Shown here piece by piece: positions 53,756-62,643 of a DNA stretch of 64,000 nt. A program made the translations under genes and the position numbers. The stretch lies in contig PFDS01000040.1 of the NCBI GenBank assembly GCA_002772605.1, positions 14,862 through 78,861 of the forward strand. Direction: 5' to 3'. The DNA is from Candidatus Peregrinibacteria bacterium CG10_big_fil_rev_8_21_14_0_10_49_16 (lineage in GTDB: Bacteria; Patescibacteriota; Gracilibacteria; Peribacterales; Peribacteraceae). Numbering within the stretch: the stretch's first letter is position 1; the number at the start of each line of letters is the position of its first letter. The notes under the pieces were generated by a model that worked only from the letters and a program-made list of their open reading frames with translations, did no database searches and was not told the DNA's origin.

Positions 53756-54427
53756 ATGCTTTCCATCGTCTCCACCCCTATCGGCAATCTCGGTGACATC
53801 ACACTGCGCGCCCTTGAAACACTGAAGGAATGTGATGCCATCGTGTGTGAAGATACGCGAGTCACGGGAAAACTCCTCCAGATGCTGGATCTCCCGAAGA
53901 AGGAACTCATCAGCCTGCACGGGTATTCCGACACGAAGAAAATCAATGCCATCCTCAAGCGACTCGCAGAAGGAGCACATCTTGCTCTCGTCTCCGACGC
54001 CGGCACACCATGCATCAGTGATCCGGGATATCAACTAGTGAGTGTCGCCCTTCGACAGGGTGACACTCATCAAGTCGAAGTCATCCCCGGACCTTCCGCA
54101 TTCCTTGCTGCCCTCTCCGCATCAGGCCTCCCCATCAATCAATTTCTCTACCTCGGATTTCTTCCATTGAAGAAAGGACGTCAAACACTTCTTGCATCAT
54201 TCACAGAAGAGAAACGCACGATTGTCTTCTACGAATCCGTCCATCGCATAGAAAAAACACTTCGCGAACTCGTGGGCGCACTGCGTGATCAACCCAACCG
54301 TGACATCGTCATCTGTCGTGAACTGACAAAAATGCACGAAGAAATTCTTCGCACAACGGTTGCGGAACTTGCGAGTATTTCTCTTACACAAAAAGGAGAA
54401 TTCGTCATTGTCATTGGAGCAGTGTAG
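53756..54427 (+). CDS. rsmI: 16S rRNA (cytidine1402-2-prime-O)-methyltransferase RsmI
   Basis: MLSIVSTPIGNLGDITLRALETL, DAGTPCISDPG. Confidence 0.88.
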   Translation: MLSIVSTPIGNLGDITLRALETLKECDAIVCEDTRVTGKLLQMLDLPKKELISLHGYSDTKKINAILKRLAEGAHLALVSDAGTPCISDPGYQLVSVALRQGDTHQVEVIPGPSAFLAALSASGLPINQFLYLGFLPLKKGRQTLLASFTEEKRTIVFYESVHRIEKTLRELVGALRDQPNRDIVICRELTKMHEEILRTTVAELASISLTQKGEFVIVIGAV

Positions 54428-54443
54428 TGTCACACTGATACAC

Positions 54444-55028
54444 ATGATTGCACGCCTGCGAGGACTGCTCACGCGACTCTCCCCAGGAGAAGTTCTCGTC
54501 GACGTGGAAGGAGTGGGTTACCGCGTGCACACGCCTGTGACTCTGTGGGAAGCATTGAAGGATGGAACAGAAACTGAGCTCTGGATTTCCAGCTACGTAC
54601 GCGAAGACCGGTTTGACCTGTACGGATTTGTGGAGCAGTCGGAACGCATGCTCTTCGAGCGCTTTCTCGCGCAACAAGGGATAGGGCCAAAACTCGCACT
54701 CGAACTCTGTTCCATTCCCCAAAGCACGCTTCTCCAGGCTATTCAGCAGCAAAATCCTGCACTGCTCCTCAGTGTGAAAGGTGTCGGGAAGAAGAAGGCA
54801 GAGAAGATCCTCCTCGATTTGCGCTCTCTGGCTGATTCGTCTCCCGAACTCTTCGCTCTCCAGCCGGGAGCATCCGGGATGCAACACACAACACTGGATC
54901 CTGATGCAATCGAAGCACTGCAATGCCTCGGATACTCTTCTTCTCAAGTACTCCACGCTCTGCAAAAACTCTCTCCCGATCTCACGACCACCGAAGACCG
55001 CGTGACCGCTGCCCTGCAAACACTCTAA
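54444..55028 (+). CDS. ruvA: Holliday junction branch migration protein RuvA
   Basis: MIARLRGLL....VLVDVEGVGYRVH, HhH region GIGPKLALE / VKGVGKKKAEKI. Confidence 0.88.
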   Translation: MIARLRGLLTRLSPGEVLVDVEGVGYRVHTPVTLWEALKDGTETELWISSYVREDRFDLYGFVEQSERMLFERFLAQQGIGPKLALELCSIPQSTLLQAIQQQNPALLLSVKGVGKKKAEKILLDLRSLADSSPELFALQPGASGMQHTTLDPDAIEALQCLGYSSSQVLHALQKLSPDLTTTEDRVTAALQTL

Positions 55029-55030
55029 CC

Positions 55031-56308
55031 ATGCTTCACCTCGATATCTCTACAGCATTGGCAAAGGTCATTACACCATCCTTCGGCGTCAGCAACGAAG
55101 AGCTAACACAGATGCGCACGTCGATAAAACGACACATCGAACAGTGGTTACAGGAACGAGAAAAAGGCGAACATGCATGGTCAATGGACCCGTACAACAA
55201 GAGCGCGCTCGATCGTGTGGTCAGCACAGCCAACCATATCAAAAAAGAGAAAATGCAAACCGTGGTCTGGCTCGGCATTGGTGGATCAGGGCTCGGTCCG
55301 AAAGTCATCGAAGAAGTATTCGAATCATCACAATCACTCGAGTTCATCGTGATCGACACCATCGATCCCGCTCTCTTGGAACTGTACCTCGGGGTTCTCG
55401 ACTGGAACCAAACCTTCATTGTCGTAGCCAGCAAATCCGGCGAGACACTGGAAACCATGAGTACGTTCTTCCTCATGTGGGAAAAATTGGTGCAAGCTCG
55501 TGGCAAACGCGCAAAAGACCGGGTAGTCGCCATTACGGACAAACAGAGCGGCGCTCTGCGAGACTTCAGTCTGGAGCAGGACATTGAAATGCTTCACATC
55601 CCTTCTGGAGTAGGTGGACGCTACTCCATCTTCACCCCTATCGGACTCCTGCCACTTGCGCTCCTGTCGGGAGATACGGAAGAGTTTTTACGTGGCGCAA
55701 AAGAAATGGATACATGCTGTCAAAATACCGTTCTCGAAGAAAATCCGGCGGCACTTCTCGCTGCAGTGCAGTACATCCTCGACACCAAACGCGGACTGCC
55801 CATACGCATTATCATGCCCTACACCCAGAAATTGCGATCCATCGCGCTGTGGAACCAGCAGCTCATTGCGGAAAGTTTGGGAAAGACAGAACTCAGTAAC
55901 CCCATTCCCATGGCAGCGATCGGCACGCAAGACCAACATTCGCTTTTGCAGCAATGGATGGCTGGCCCGCGCAAATCCTGGCACATTTTTATTCGTGACA
56001 GAGAAAAACCATCCATCACCGTTCCAAACGTTGAAGACGCGCGTTTTGCGCACATCAGCAAAAAACCATTTGCAGATTTGCTGGAAGCTTGTTATGAAGG
56101 AACAACCCAGGCACTTACAAAAGCGAAACGACCACATGTCACGATCACCATTCCCACACTCGATGCGTACCATCTCGGCCAGCTCTTCTTCTGCTTTCTC
56201 GCAGAAGTCATATTCCTCGGAAAGATTTACCGCATTGATCCGTATGACCAACCCGGCGTGGAAGTAGGAAAGACCATTACAAAAAACATTCTCTCCGGCG
56301 AGAAATAA
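55031..56308 (+). CDS. pgi: glucose-6-phosphate isomerase
   Basis: GIGGSGLGP, SKSGETLET, GGRYS. Start at the ATG at 55031, just after the ruvA stop. Confidence 0.88.
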   Translation: MLHLDISTALAKVITPSFGVSNEELTQMRTSIKRHIEQWLQEREKGEHAWSMDPYNKSALDRVVSTANHIKKEKMQTVVWLGIGGSGLGPKVIEEVFESSQSLEFIVIDTIDPALLELYLGVLDWNQTFIVVASKSGETLETMSTFFLMWEKLVQARGKRAKDRVVAITDKQSGALRDFSLEQDIEMLHIPSGVGGRYSIFTPIGLLPLALLSGDTEEFLRGAKEMDTCCQNTVLEENPAALLAAVQYILDTKRGLPIRIIMPYTQKLRSIALWNQQLIAESLGKTELSNPIPMAAIGTQDQHSLLQQWMAGPRKSWHIFIRDREKPSITVPNVEDARFAHISKKPFADLLEACYEGTTQALTKAKRPHVTITIPTLDAYHLGQLFFCFLAEVIFLGKIYRIDPYDQPGVEVGKTITKNILSGEK

Positions 56309-56365
56309 TGTTCACAATTCTTGATGCATCCAGTATCATACAGAGGAACCTTTCCCCTTTTCCCT

Positions 56366-56683
56366 ATGGCACAAGAAATTACAGATGCAGACTTTGACGC
56401 TCAAGTGATGCAATCAGACATTCCAGTACTTGTGGACTTTTGGGCTCCATGGTGTGGTCCTTGCAAATCCATGCTTCCTATTGTGGGTGAACTGTCTACG
56501 GAATATGAGGGTAAAGTACGAGTGGTCAAAATGAATGTAGACGAGAACACCGAGACGCCCGGGAAGTTTAACGTCATGAGTATTCCCACATTTATCATCT
56601 TCAAAGGCGGCGAGGTCGTACAGACGATTGTGGGTGTAAAGTCAAAAGAAGATATGAAAAAGGAACTGGATGCAGTCGCATGA
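56366..56683 (+). CDS. trxA: thioredoxin
   Basis: WAPWCGPCK active site. 105 aa from the ATG at 56366. Confidence 0.9.
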   Translation: MAQEITDADFDAQVMQSDIPVLVDFWAPWCGPCKSMLPIVGELSTEYEGKVRVVKMNVDENTETPGKFNVMSIPTFIIFKGGEVVQTIVGVKSKEDMKKELDAVA

Positions 56684-57030
56684 TTCCATTGATCTTCAAC
56701 CTGGGCACAACGCTGCTCTCACACATCGTAAGAGCGCAAGGGTTTGTGAGTGACTTTGGAGAGAAGCCACCGCGCTCCACTATGAGTTATGTCCTTCCAT
56801 TCGTTGGCATGGGCTTTTCATTCATCCTCGTCAAATACCGTGAACGCATTGGAGATATGCTTGGAGAAGCGCACTGGATGGTCAAAATCGGTGGCGTGTA
56901 CTATGTGCTCGTCTACATCGCAATCATCATCTTCTTCTGGAGCATTGCCGAGCTCACCGACACCACGCATATTTTCCTCGCGCCTCTCACAGTCATTCTG
57001 CCCTTCGGCGACAACAAAACAGATTTTTAA
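56680..57030 (+). CDS. hypothetical membrane protein
   Basis: 116 aa with 3-4 TM segments. ATGA overlap with the trxA stop. Confidence 0.5.
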   Translation: MIPLIFNLGTTLLSHIVRAQGFVSDFGEKPPRSTMSYVLPFVGMGFSFILVKYRERIGDMLGEAHWMVKIGGVYYVLVYIAIIIFFWSIAELTDTTHIFLAPLTVILPFGDNKTDF

Positions 57031-57058
57031 TATATATTCCCTCTCCCTTCTTATTTAC

Positions 57059-57253
57059 ATGGACAACGCAGACATTCAAAAACAGTGTCAGAAGTTCCTC
57101 GAAGATCTTGGCATCCCCGGTTTCATCGTCTTCGGCTGGCAGAAATCCGAAAAGCAGTACGGCTTCACATACGTGAACCATAAGACTCCTCCCGCAGTCA
57201 CACTCAAAGGCATGCTCTGGGCCGCAAAAGATTTCGCAGAGAAGAAGTTGTAA
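57059..57253 (+). CDS. hypothetical small protein (64 aa)
   Basis: MDNADIQKQCQKFLEDLGIPGFIVFGWQK... The longer upstream ORF frame overlaps the previous gene and is rejected. Confidence 0.4.
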   Translation: MDNADIQKQCQKFLEDLGIPGFIVFGWQKSEKQYGFTYVNHKTPPAVTLKGMLWAAKDFAEKKL

Positions 57254-57254
57254 A

Positions 57255-57331
57255 TGGTGGAGCTGGAGGGAGTCGAACCCTCGACATCCTGCTTGCAAAG
57301 CAGGCGCTCTGGCCAACTGAGCTACAGCCCC
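57255..57331 (-). tRNA. tRNA-Ala (anticodon UGC), CCA encoded
   Basis: Acceptor GGGGCTG/CAGCTCC with a G3:U70 pair, anticodon stem CCTGC/GCAGG with loop TTTGCAA, T-arm GAGGG-TTCGACT-CCCTC. Confidence 0.92.
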
Positions 57332-57378
57332 ACTGGTTCGCCATTATCAGACATGTGCCGTGAATTATCAATCCGTAT

Positions 57379-58521
57379 TTATGTGACTATTTTCTCTAAT
57401 TGGCCATTCTCTACTGCCTTTCGCACTTCCATGCCTATCCTCTCCCCCATACTTATAGACTCGCCATAGCGGTAAGCAGAGTACGGAGTGGCGCGGATGC
57501 CGGGGGAACCGGGAATGCGGAAGGAGACATCGAAAATCACAATATCCTCCCTGCCCTCTTCAGTGACAACGGACCCTTGCAGCGCAAACGGACCGATGAT
57601 GCCCTGCCGGGACGGATCGATGCCTTCGGGGAGTGATTGCGTGGCACGTACAAATCTCTCTCCCATCTCGAACACGTTCTCCAGCAGAGATTCTTTCACG
57701 GTACAGGCAACATGTCCCGTTTCCACCATCTTGAGATCAATGGACTGCCGTGCTTGCGACTGCTGCTCAGCGGTCAACCGAAGAAAGCCATCCAGATTCG
57801 TCTGGCGTCGCATGTCCGTTCCCAGGAGTTCCAGTTCTCCTGTGAGAGGCGAATAGAAGAAGTTGAAATTCACCGGAGCGCCGACAATAAATTCCTCAAT
57901 CGGCGCCTGACGCCAATTGCCTGCAATCTTCCCTTCTGCCTCAAGACGGGAACCTGTTCGTTCATATTCTTCATCAGAAGACACGATAAAGAATGCCCGT
58001 TCATATATACGTTGAGCTTCACTCGCCTTCACAATCACAGGACGATCAATGACTACCCGCTCATCGCTAGCCGCTAACTGCTTATAGAGTTTCGGAATCC
58101 GGATTCCTGCATCTCGCAACAGATCATACTGCGTGTACTCCTGATCACGTTCTTCCAGACGCAGTAAATGCCGCGATCCGAAAATAGGTACGCGAAAACC
58201 ACGTTCCACATGCGAAAAATCATCAAAGTAGACCCAAAAGTAGCGAGAGTGAACGAAAATAGTATTCAGAGAGCGTAACTGTTGCTGAATAGACTCTTGG
58301 AGAATGTCTTGAAATTGACCGACGAGAATGATGCTGTCTACACATCCTTTGCTATCACACACTCTAAAGTACTTCTCATACGTTTTTTCCCTTCCTCTCT
58401 TCGCAACAACAACGGTGTTCAGTCCAAACTTCTTCGCACCATGACAGATATCAAGAGCACTGTGTCCTCCGAGAGAACCAACCGTCAGATTGCCGAGATC
58501 ATACCCGGAGAGCAGATCCAT
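57379..58521 (-). CDS. PurP-like ATP-grasp enzyme, paralog 2 (FAICAR synthetase family)
   Basis: SLGGHSALDICHGAKKFG, PIFGSRHLLRLEER, VNFNFFYSPLTGELELLGTDMR, GPFALQ. More divergent than the upstream paralog. The start (58521 or 58539) overlaps the upstream gene end. Confidence 0.7.
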   Translation of the reverse strand: MDLLSGYDLGNLTVGSLGGHSALDICHGAKKFGLNTVVVAKRGREKTYEKYFRVCDSKGCVDSIILVGQFQDILQESIQQQLRSLNTIFVHSRYFWVYFDDFSHVERGFRVPIFGSRHLLRLEERDQEYTQYDLLRDAGIRIPKLYKQLAASDERVVIDRPVIVKASEAQRIYERAFFIVSSDEEYERTGSRLEAEGKIAGNWRQAPIEEFIVGAPVNFNFFYSPLTGELELLGTDMRRQTNLDGFLRLTAEQQSQARQSIDLKMVETGHVACTVKESLLENVFEMGERFVRATQSLPEGIDPSRQGIIGPFALQGSVVTEEGREDIVIFDVSFRIPGSPGIRATPYSAYRYGESISMGERIGMEVRKAVENGQLEKIVT

Positions 58522-59566
58522 ACATGGCGGGATACTCATCAAGAACGTCTTCCAATCTTCCCTGCTCGGATGCGATACGAATCTCACGCGCAATACGACG
58601 ACCCGTACTCATGGGTACATCGTACTTCAGTGCTGTGTAGGGAGAACCTTCCACAAACGGATTTGTGCCGGCAACAATGCGTGCGCTGATTTCAAAGACG
58701 TAGACGTGCAATTTTCTCGTTACAATTGTCTCCAAGCAAAACGGGCCGAAGAGCCCCTTTCCTCCACAGATCTTCTTGCTCACATCCACCACACGCTCTC
58801 CCATCGCAAAAAGTTCGGGCAGCATCGACTCACGTACAACAACCGGAATGTTTCCGACAATCGTATAGGACGTATAGATATTCGATGCCAACTGGTCTGC
58901 TGCACGAATACGGCCGATGGAATCCGCATTCGATTCGTAGCGCTTATCCATACTCATAATTTCCAACTCTCCTGTCATCGGCGAATAGAAGTAATGGATG
59001 TAGAGAGGCACACCAACGATGTACTCCTGAATCACGTAATCATCCTCATCCGGATATTTGCGATTCTTCACCTCGTAAAATTGATCAGGCGAGCGTGCAA
59101 TGAAATACCCAAACCCCCCGCCGGCGCCGTGAAACTTTACGATAACCGGACGATCGATATCCTCCGGCTTCTTAAGAACTTCCGGCAGGAGCAACCCCGC
59201 TTTCTCCAACCATTGCCGCTCTTTCGTACGATCGGATTCCCACTCCAAAATACCCTTGGTACCGAAGTATGCGGCACGCATGTGGTGGATTCGTTCAGAA
59301 CCCAAATACGCTACAAAAGAACCGTGCGGCACAACTACTGCGTTGCGACGAAGCAGTTCCTCTTCTAGAGCATCATCCCAATCAGACCAGTCATCCAGTA
59401 AGAGGATTTCGTCCGCCACACCGAAACTCCGGTATGGCTGCTCTTTTCCTCGCCGACAAATACAGAGATTGGGCAATCCCTCATCCCGCGCACCCTTCAA
59501 AATCTGCAACGCAGAATGCGTTCCTAGTGTCGCAATGACAGGTTTGTTGGAATGCTGCAAACCCAT
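58499..59566 (-). CDS. purP: 5-formaminoimidazole-4-carboxamide ribonucleotide synthetase (archaeal-type PurP)
   Basis: IATLGTHSALQILKGARDEG, VVPHGSFVAY, FGTKGILEWESDR, VIVKFHGAGGGFGYFIA, YIHYFYSPMTGELEIMSMDKRYESN, GNIPVVVRESMLP, GPFCLE. These closely follow the Methanocaldococcus PurP pattern as I recall it. Confidence 0.8.
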   Translation of the reverse strand: MGLQHSNKPVIATLGTHSALQILKGARDEGLPNLCICRRGKEQPYRSFGVADEILLLDDWSDWDDALEEELLRRNAVVVPHGSFVAYLGSERIHHMRAAYFGTKGILEWESDRTKERQWLEKAGLLLPEVLKKPEDIDRPVIVKFHGAGGGFGYFIARSPDQFYEVKNRKYPDEDDYVIQEYIVGVPLYIHYFYSPMTGELEIMSMDKRYESNADSIGRIRAADQLASNIYTSYTIVGNIPVVVRESMLPELFAMGERVVDVSKKICGGKGLFGPFCLETIVTRKLHVYVFEISARIVAGTNPFVEGSPYTALKYDVPMSTGRRIAREIRIASEQGRLEDVLDEYPAMYGSALRV

Positions 59567-59581
59567 ATCGCAGTATAGACA

Positions 59582-60178
59582 TTACTCCTTCTTCTTATCA
59601 ACCAAATTGAGAGGAATATTGAGTTCCTCAGTATGTGTTTCACCCTGCCAAACAGCCGGAAACACAATCGCAAAACGCACCGCAGATTTATCATCATTAT
59701 ACGCAGGCCCTTCAATACGAACAGCTGTTCTTATATCTTCAAATGACAAAGGTTGTGACACATCCACTTGATCACCCAGAAGAACTTTCACGCGCTCCTG
59801 ATGGAGAGACCGTTCTGTCTCCAGAAAACATTGTAAGTTATGTAAATGTGGCACAAGGCGTTGCTCAAACTCTGCAAATTTCCTTTCAAATTCTCCAAGG
59901 CTGATGGGATACCGGGAACAGATGTCACGTACGTACTTTGCAAAAAATGCAACCCATATAAACAGTTTTTCATTCAGATCATCTACTCCTAAATCCCACC
60001 GTAACAATAAACCCTTTTGCATGTCCATGAATTCCGAAAATGAAGCAGGTTCACCATCCTCACGTCGACCATGAATAAAACCGGACTCAACCATCATATC
60101 ATTATACATATTTTTCTTATTTCGAACAATATACAACCTACTATCAACGTCTCTGCCTTTGCAATATACTGGATACAT
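59582..60178 (-). CDS. hypothetical protein upstream of the purP pair
   Basis: 198 aa, lying 15 nt upstream of purP on the same strand. No family recognised. The start is uncertain; internal ATGs occur at 60109 and 60097. Confidence 0.5.
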   Translation of the reverse strand: MYPVYCKGRDVDSRLYIVRNKKNMYNDMMVESGFIHGRREDGEPASFSEFMDMQKGLLLRWDLGVDDLNEKLFIWVAFFAKYVRDICSRYPISLGEFERKFAEFEQRLVPHLHNLQCFLETERSLHQERVKVLLGDQVDVSQPLSFEDIRTAVRIEGPAYNDDKSAVRFAIVFPAVWQGETHTEELNIPLNLVDKKKE

Positions 60179-60183
60179 ACATC

Positions 60184-61428
60184 ATGAGACGTCTCTGGAT
60201 TTTCCTTATTGTGGCATTTATTCCCGCAATCATCCTCGCGGGCATCTATCCGGAAAAAGCATTTAAGGGACAGATTCCCGAAGGGCGTTATCTCACGAGT
60301 CCCGGAGCGGACATTGTGGCTTTTGTGCGTGATGGTTGTCCGCACTGTGCCGCATTCGAACGTTTCGCACATGAGAATGAATGGGAAGTGGAATACCACG
60401 AGGTCACACAAGTCGATACACAGAAAATGTTCCATGAGTTGCAGGCGGTCGCTCCTGCTCTCCAACAGGGTGTTCCCACAATCATCATTAACGGACATGT
60501 CTCCCAAGGCTACGATAAAGATGAAAATACAGGACAGTACCTCAAAAACATCTTAGATGAATGCCAATCGTCCGAAGAAGGATGTCTCCCGTATGAAGAA
60601 TTCCTGGCTACGGCATCAAACGTGGAAGTGGAAACTGCCACAGGTGTCTGCACGGAAGAATGTGCAGTGGATGAGAGTAAATATATCTTCAATATGTGGA
60701 TTTTCGGGCAGGTGAACCTCCTCGATCTCACACTTCCCGCATTGAGTATCTTCGTTGGGTTCCTTGATGGGTTTAATCCTTGCGCCATGTGGGTGCTCAT
60801 TACCCTCCTGACGCTTCTCATTGGAACAAATGACATGCGCAAAGTGTGGGTCATCGGCGGTACATTCCTCTTCGTCAGTGGTGCCATCTACTACATCTTC
60901 ATCGCAGCATGGCTCAATGTTTTCCTACTCATTGGATTTAATGTCTGGGTCCAGAAAATCATCGGTCTGGTCGCGATTGGCGCCGGTGGATTCTACCTCT
61001 ACGAAGCACTCGGAAAAGACCCGAATGTGTGCCATGTGACTGACCAAGCGCGTCGCCAAAAGATCATCAACCGCATGAAGGAGCTTTCGCAGTACGCCGC
61101 GTGGCCGGCAATGATTCTCGGGGTCGCCATTCTCGCGATCTCGGTCAACATGATTGAACTTGTCTGTACTGCCGGTCTTCCTGCGGTCTTCACGCAAATT
61201 CTCGCATTCAATGAAGTAAGCAACCTCGCACGCTACGGCTACATCGGTCTCTACATCCTGCTCTACATGATCGATGACATCATCATCTTCGGTATCGCCG
61301 TCTACACACTTCATGCAACAGGACTCACTACCAAGTACCGCCGCTTCACGCTCATCTTCGGCGGTCTTCTCATGTACGTCCTCGGCCTTCTCCTCATCTA
61401 CTGGCCCGAAACACTGACATTCGGTTAA
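60184..61428 (+). CDS. glutaredoxin/thioredoxin-like domain fused to a CcdA/DsbD-type thiol-disulfide transporter
   Basis: N-terminal TM helix, then FVRDGCPHCAAFERF (CxxC). The membrane domain has GFLDGFNPCAMWVLITLL and a second Cys in ELVCTAGLP. Confidence 0.65.
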   Translation: MRRLWIFLIVAFIPAIILAGIYPEKAFKGQIPEGRYLTSPGADIVAFVRDGCPHCAAFERFAHENEWEVEYHEVTQVDTQKMFHELQAVAPALQQGVPTIIINGHVSQGYDKDENTGQYLKNILDECQSSEEGCLPYEEFLATASNVEVETATGVCTEECAVDESKYIFNMWIFGQVNLLDLTLPALSIFVGFLDGFNPCAMWVLITLLTLLIGTNDMRKVWVIGGTFLFVSGAIYYIFIAAWLNVFLLIGFNVWVQKIIGLVAIGAGGFYLYEALGKDPNVCHVTDQARRQKIINRMKELSQYAAWPAMILGVAILAISVNMIELVCTAGLPAVFTQILAFNEVSNLARYGYIGLYILLYMIDDIIIFGIAVYTLHATGLTTKYRRFTLIFGGLLMYVLGLLLIYWPETLTFG

Positions 61429-61489
61429 TTCCGAGTGTCCTACACGCACTTCATTCTGTCATAAACTTCGCTACACTGTTCATCATAGT

Positions 61490-61564
<75 letters not shown>

Positions 61565-61581
61565 CCTGTACCCACTCCTTA

Positions 61582-61914
61582 ATGGCGAGCACAAAAGAAT
61601 TTGAGGCAATTGATATCCGCGTTGGCGTAGTGAAACACATCGAACCTTTCCCTGAGGGGAAGTATTCAACGCATATCTTATATATCGACTTCGGCGAAGA
61701 AATCGGAACAAAGAAATCTCTCGCACGACTGACACCACACTACACAACGGACAGTCTGCTCCATAAACACGTTTTAGGAGTTGTCAATTTTCCACCACGA
61801 CAAATAGGGAAACACATTTCAGAAGTGCTAACACTCGGCGTTCCTGATGCAAAGGGGAACACTGTTCTCATTCAACCTGAAAGAGATGTGCCACTGGGAG
61901 GAAAACTGTATTAA
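61582..61914 (+). CDS. tRNA-binding domain protein (CsaA/EMAP-like OB fold)
   Basis: FEAIDIRVGVVKHIEPFPEGKYSTHILYIDFGEEIGTKKS...VLGVVNFPPRQIG. Start at the ATG at 61582, after the tRNA. Confidence 0.75.
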   Translation: MASTKEFEAIDIRVGVVKHIEPFPEGKYSTHILYIDFGEEIGTKKSLARLTPHYTTDSLLHKHVLGVVNFPPRQIGKHISEVLTLGVPDAKGNTVLIQPERDVPLGGKLY

Positions 61915-61916
61915 AC

Positions 61917-62492
61917 CTACTTCTCTTCTTTTTTAATACTCTGTTCAAACGTTAGGGAACGAAGCATCGTCAATGCCTGACGTTCAACGGCTTTATCAGT
62001 ACTGACAGGGAGTACGGCAGTGATGGTATAACCAACGCCACGGGAGACAGAACTTAGTTGATAGAAACGTTTTTTGGGTTCTTCAGTGACCGGTTGTGCG
62101 ATGAAAGTATGAAGATGCACTTTCTTTCCATCAATCTTCAGCTCCTGCTTGTCTACCTGCTCAAATGCAGGCAGGGAAGCTACAGAAACTACGTTCGACT
62201 CGCTGTATGTAGACGCATCGAAATCACGCGTGAGAATTTCTTTGGTCACAAGCACGGTCGGAATGTTTCCGGAAACCAACTGCTCTGATTGAAATACCAC
62301 CACGACCTCCTGCGGTATGCCACGCTCACGCAGCTGCTCTGTACTCACCTCATTCCAGCCTGCAGGCACACACACCCCCACAAGACCATCCCAGTACTGT
62401 TTTTGACACGAAACAGATTCTGAAGCTCCACATGCAAATAGGAGCACTGACGAGAAAAGGGCGAATACGAGAGTGGAACGTGTGCTTTTCAT
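61917..62492 (-). CDS. lipoprotein, hypothetical
   Basis: Start at the ATG at 62492. Signal peptide with lipobox LLFAC. Confidence 0.55.
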   Translation of the reverse strand: MKSTRSTLVFALFSSVLLFACGASESVSCQKQYWDGLVGVCVPAGWNEVSTEQLRERGIPQEVVVVFQSEQLVSGNIPTVLVTKEILTRDFDASTYSESNVVSVASLPAFEQVDKQELKIDGKKVHLHTFIAQPVTEEPKKRFYQLSSVSRGVGYTITAVLPVSTDKAVERQALTMLRSLTFEQSIKKEEK

Positions 62493-62643
62493 ATATGTGA
62501 TAGTATATACACCTCTGCTGCTTCTCCGCGAAGAAATGAGATTCCTGAAGAGGAAAAGGGTATGGACATTTGTAAAAAATAGTTCATGAATAACATGTAG
62601 GAATTGAGTGAAGCGCAAAAAAAGTGTAAAATAATAAGATTTT

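Noticed and set aside
53615-54034. Upstream part of the 207 aa minus-strand ORF 53411..54034.
   Set aside because: It is antisense to the well-supported rsmI gene. Only the last 67 codons lie outside rsmI, and only they have an SD-ATG context.
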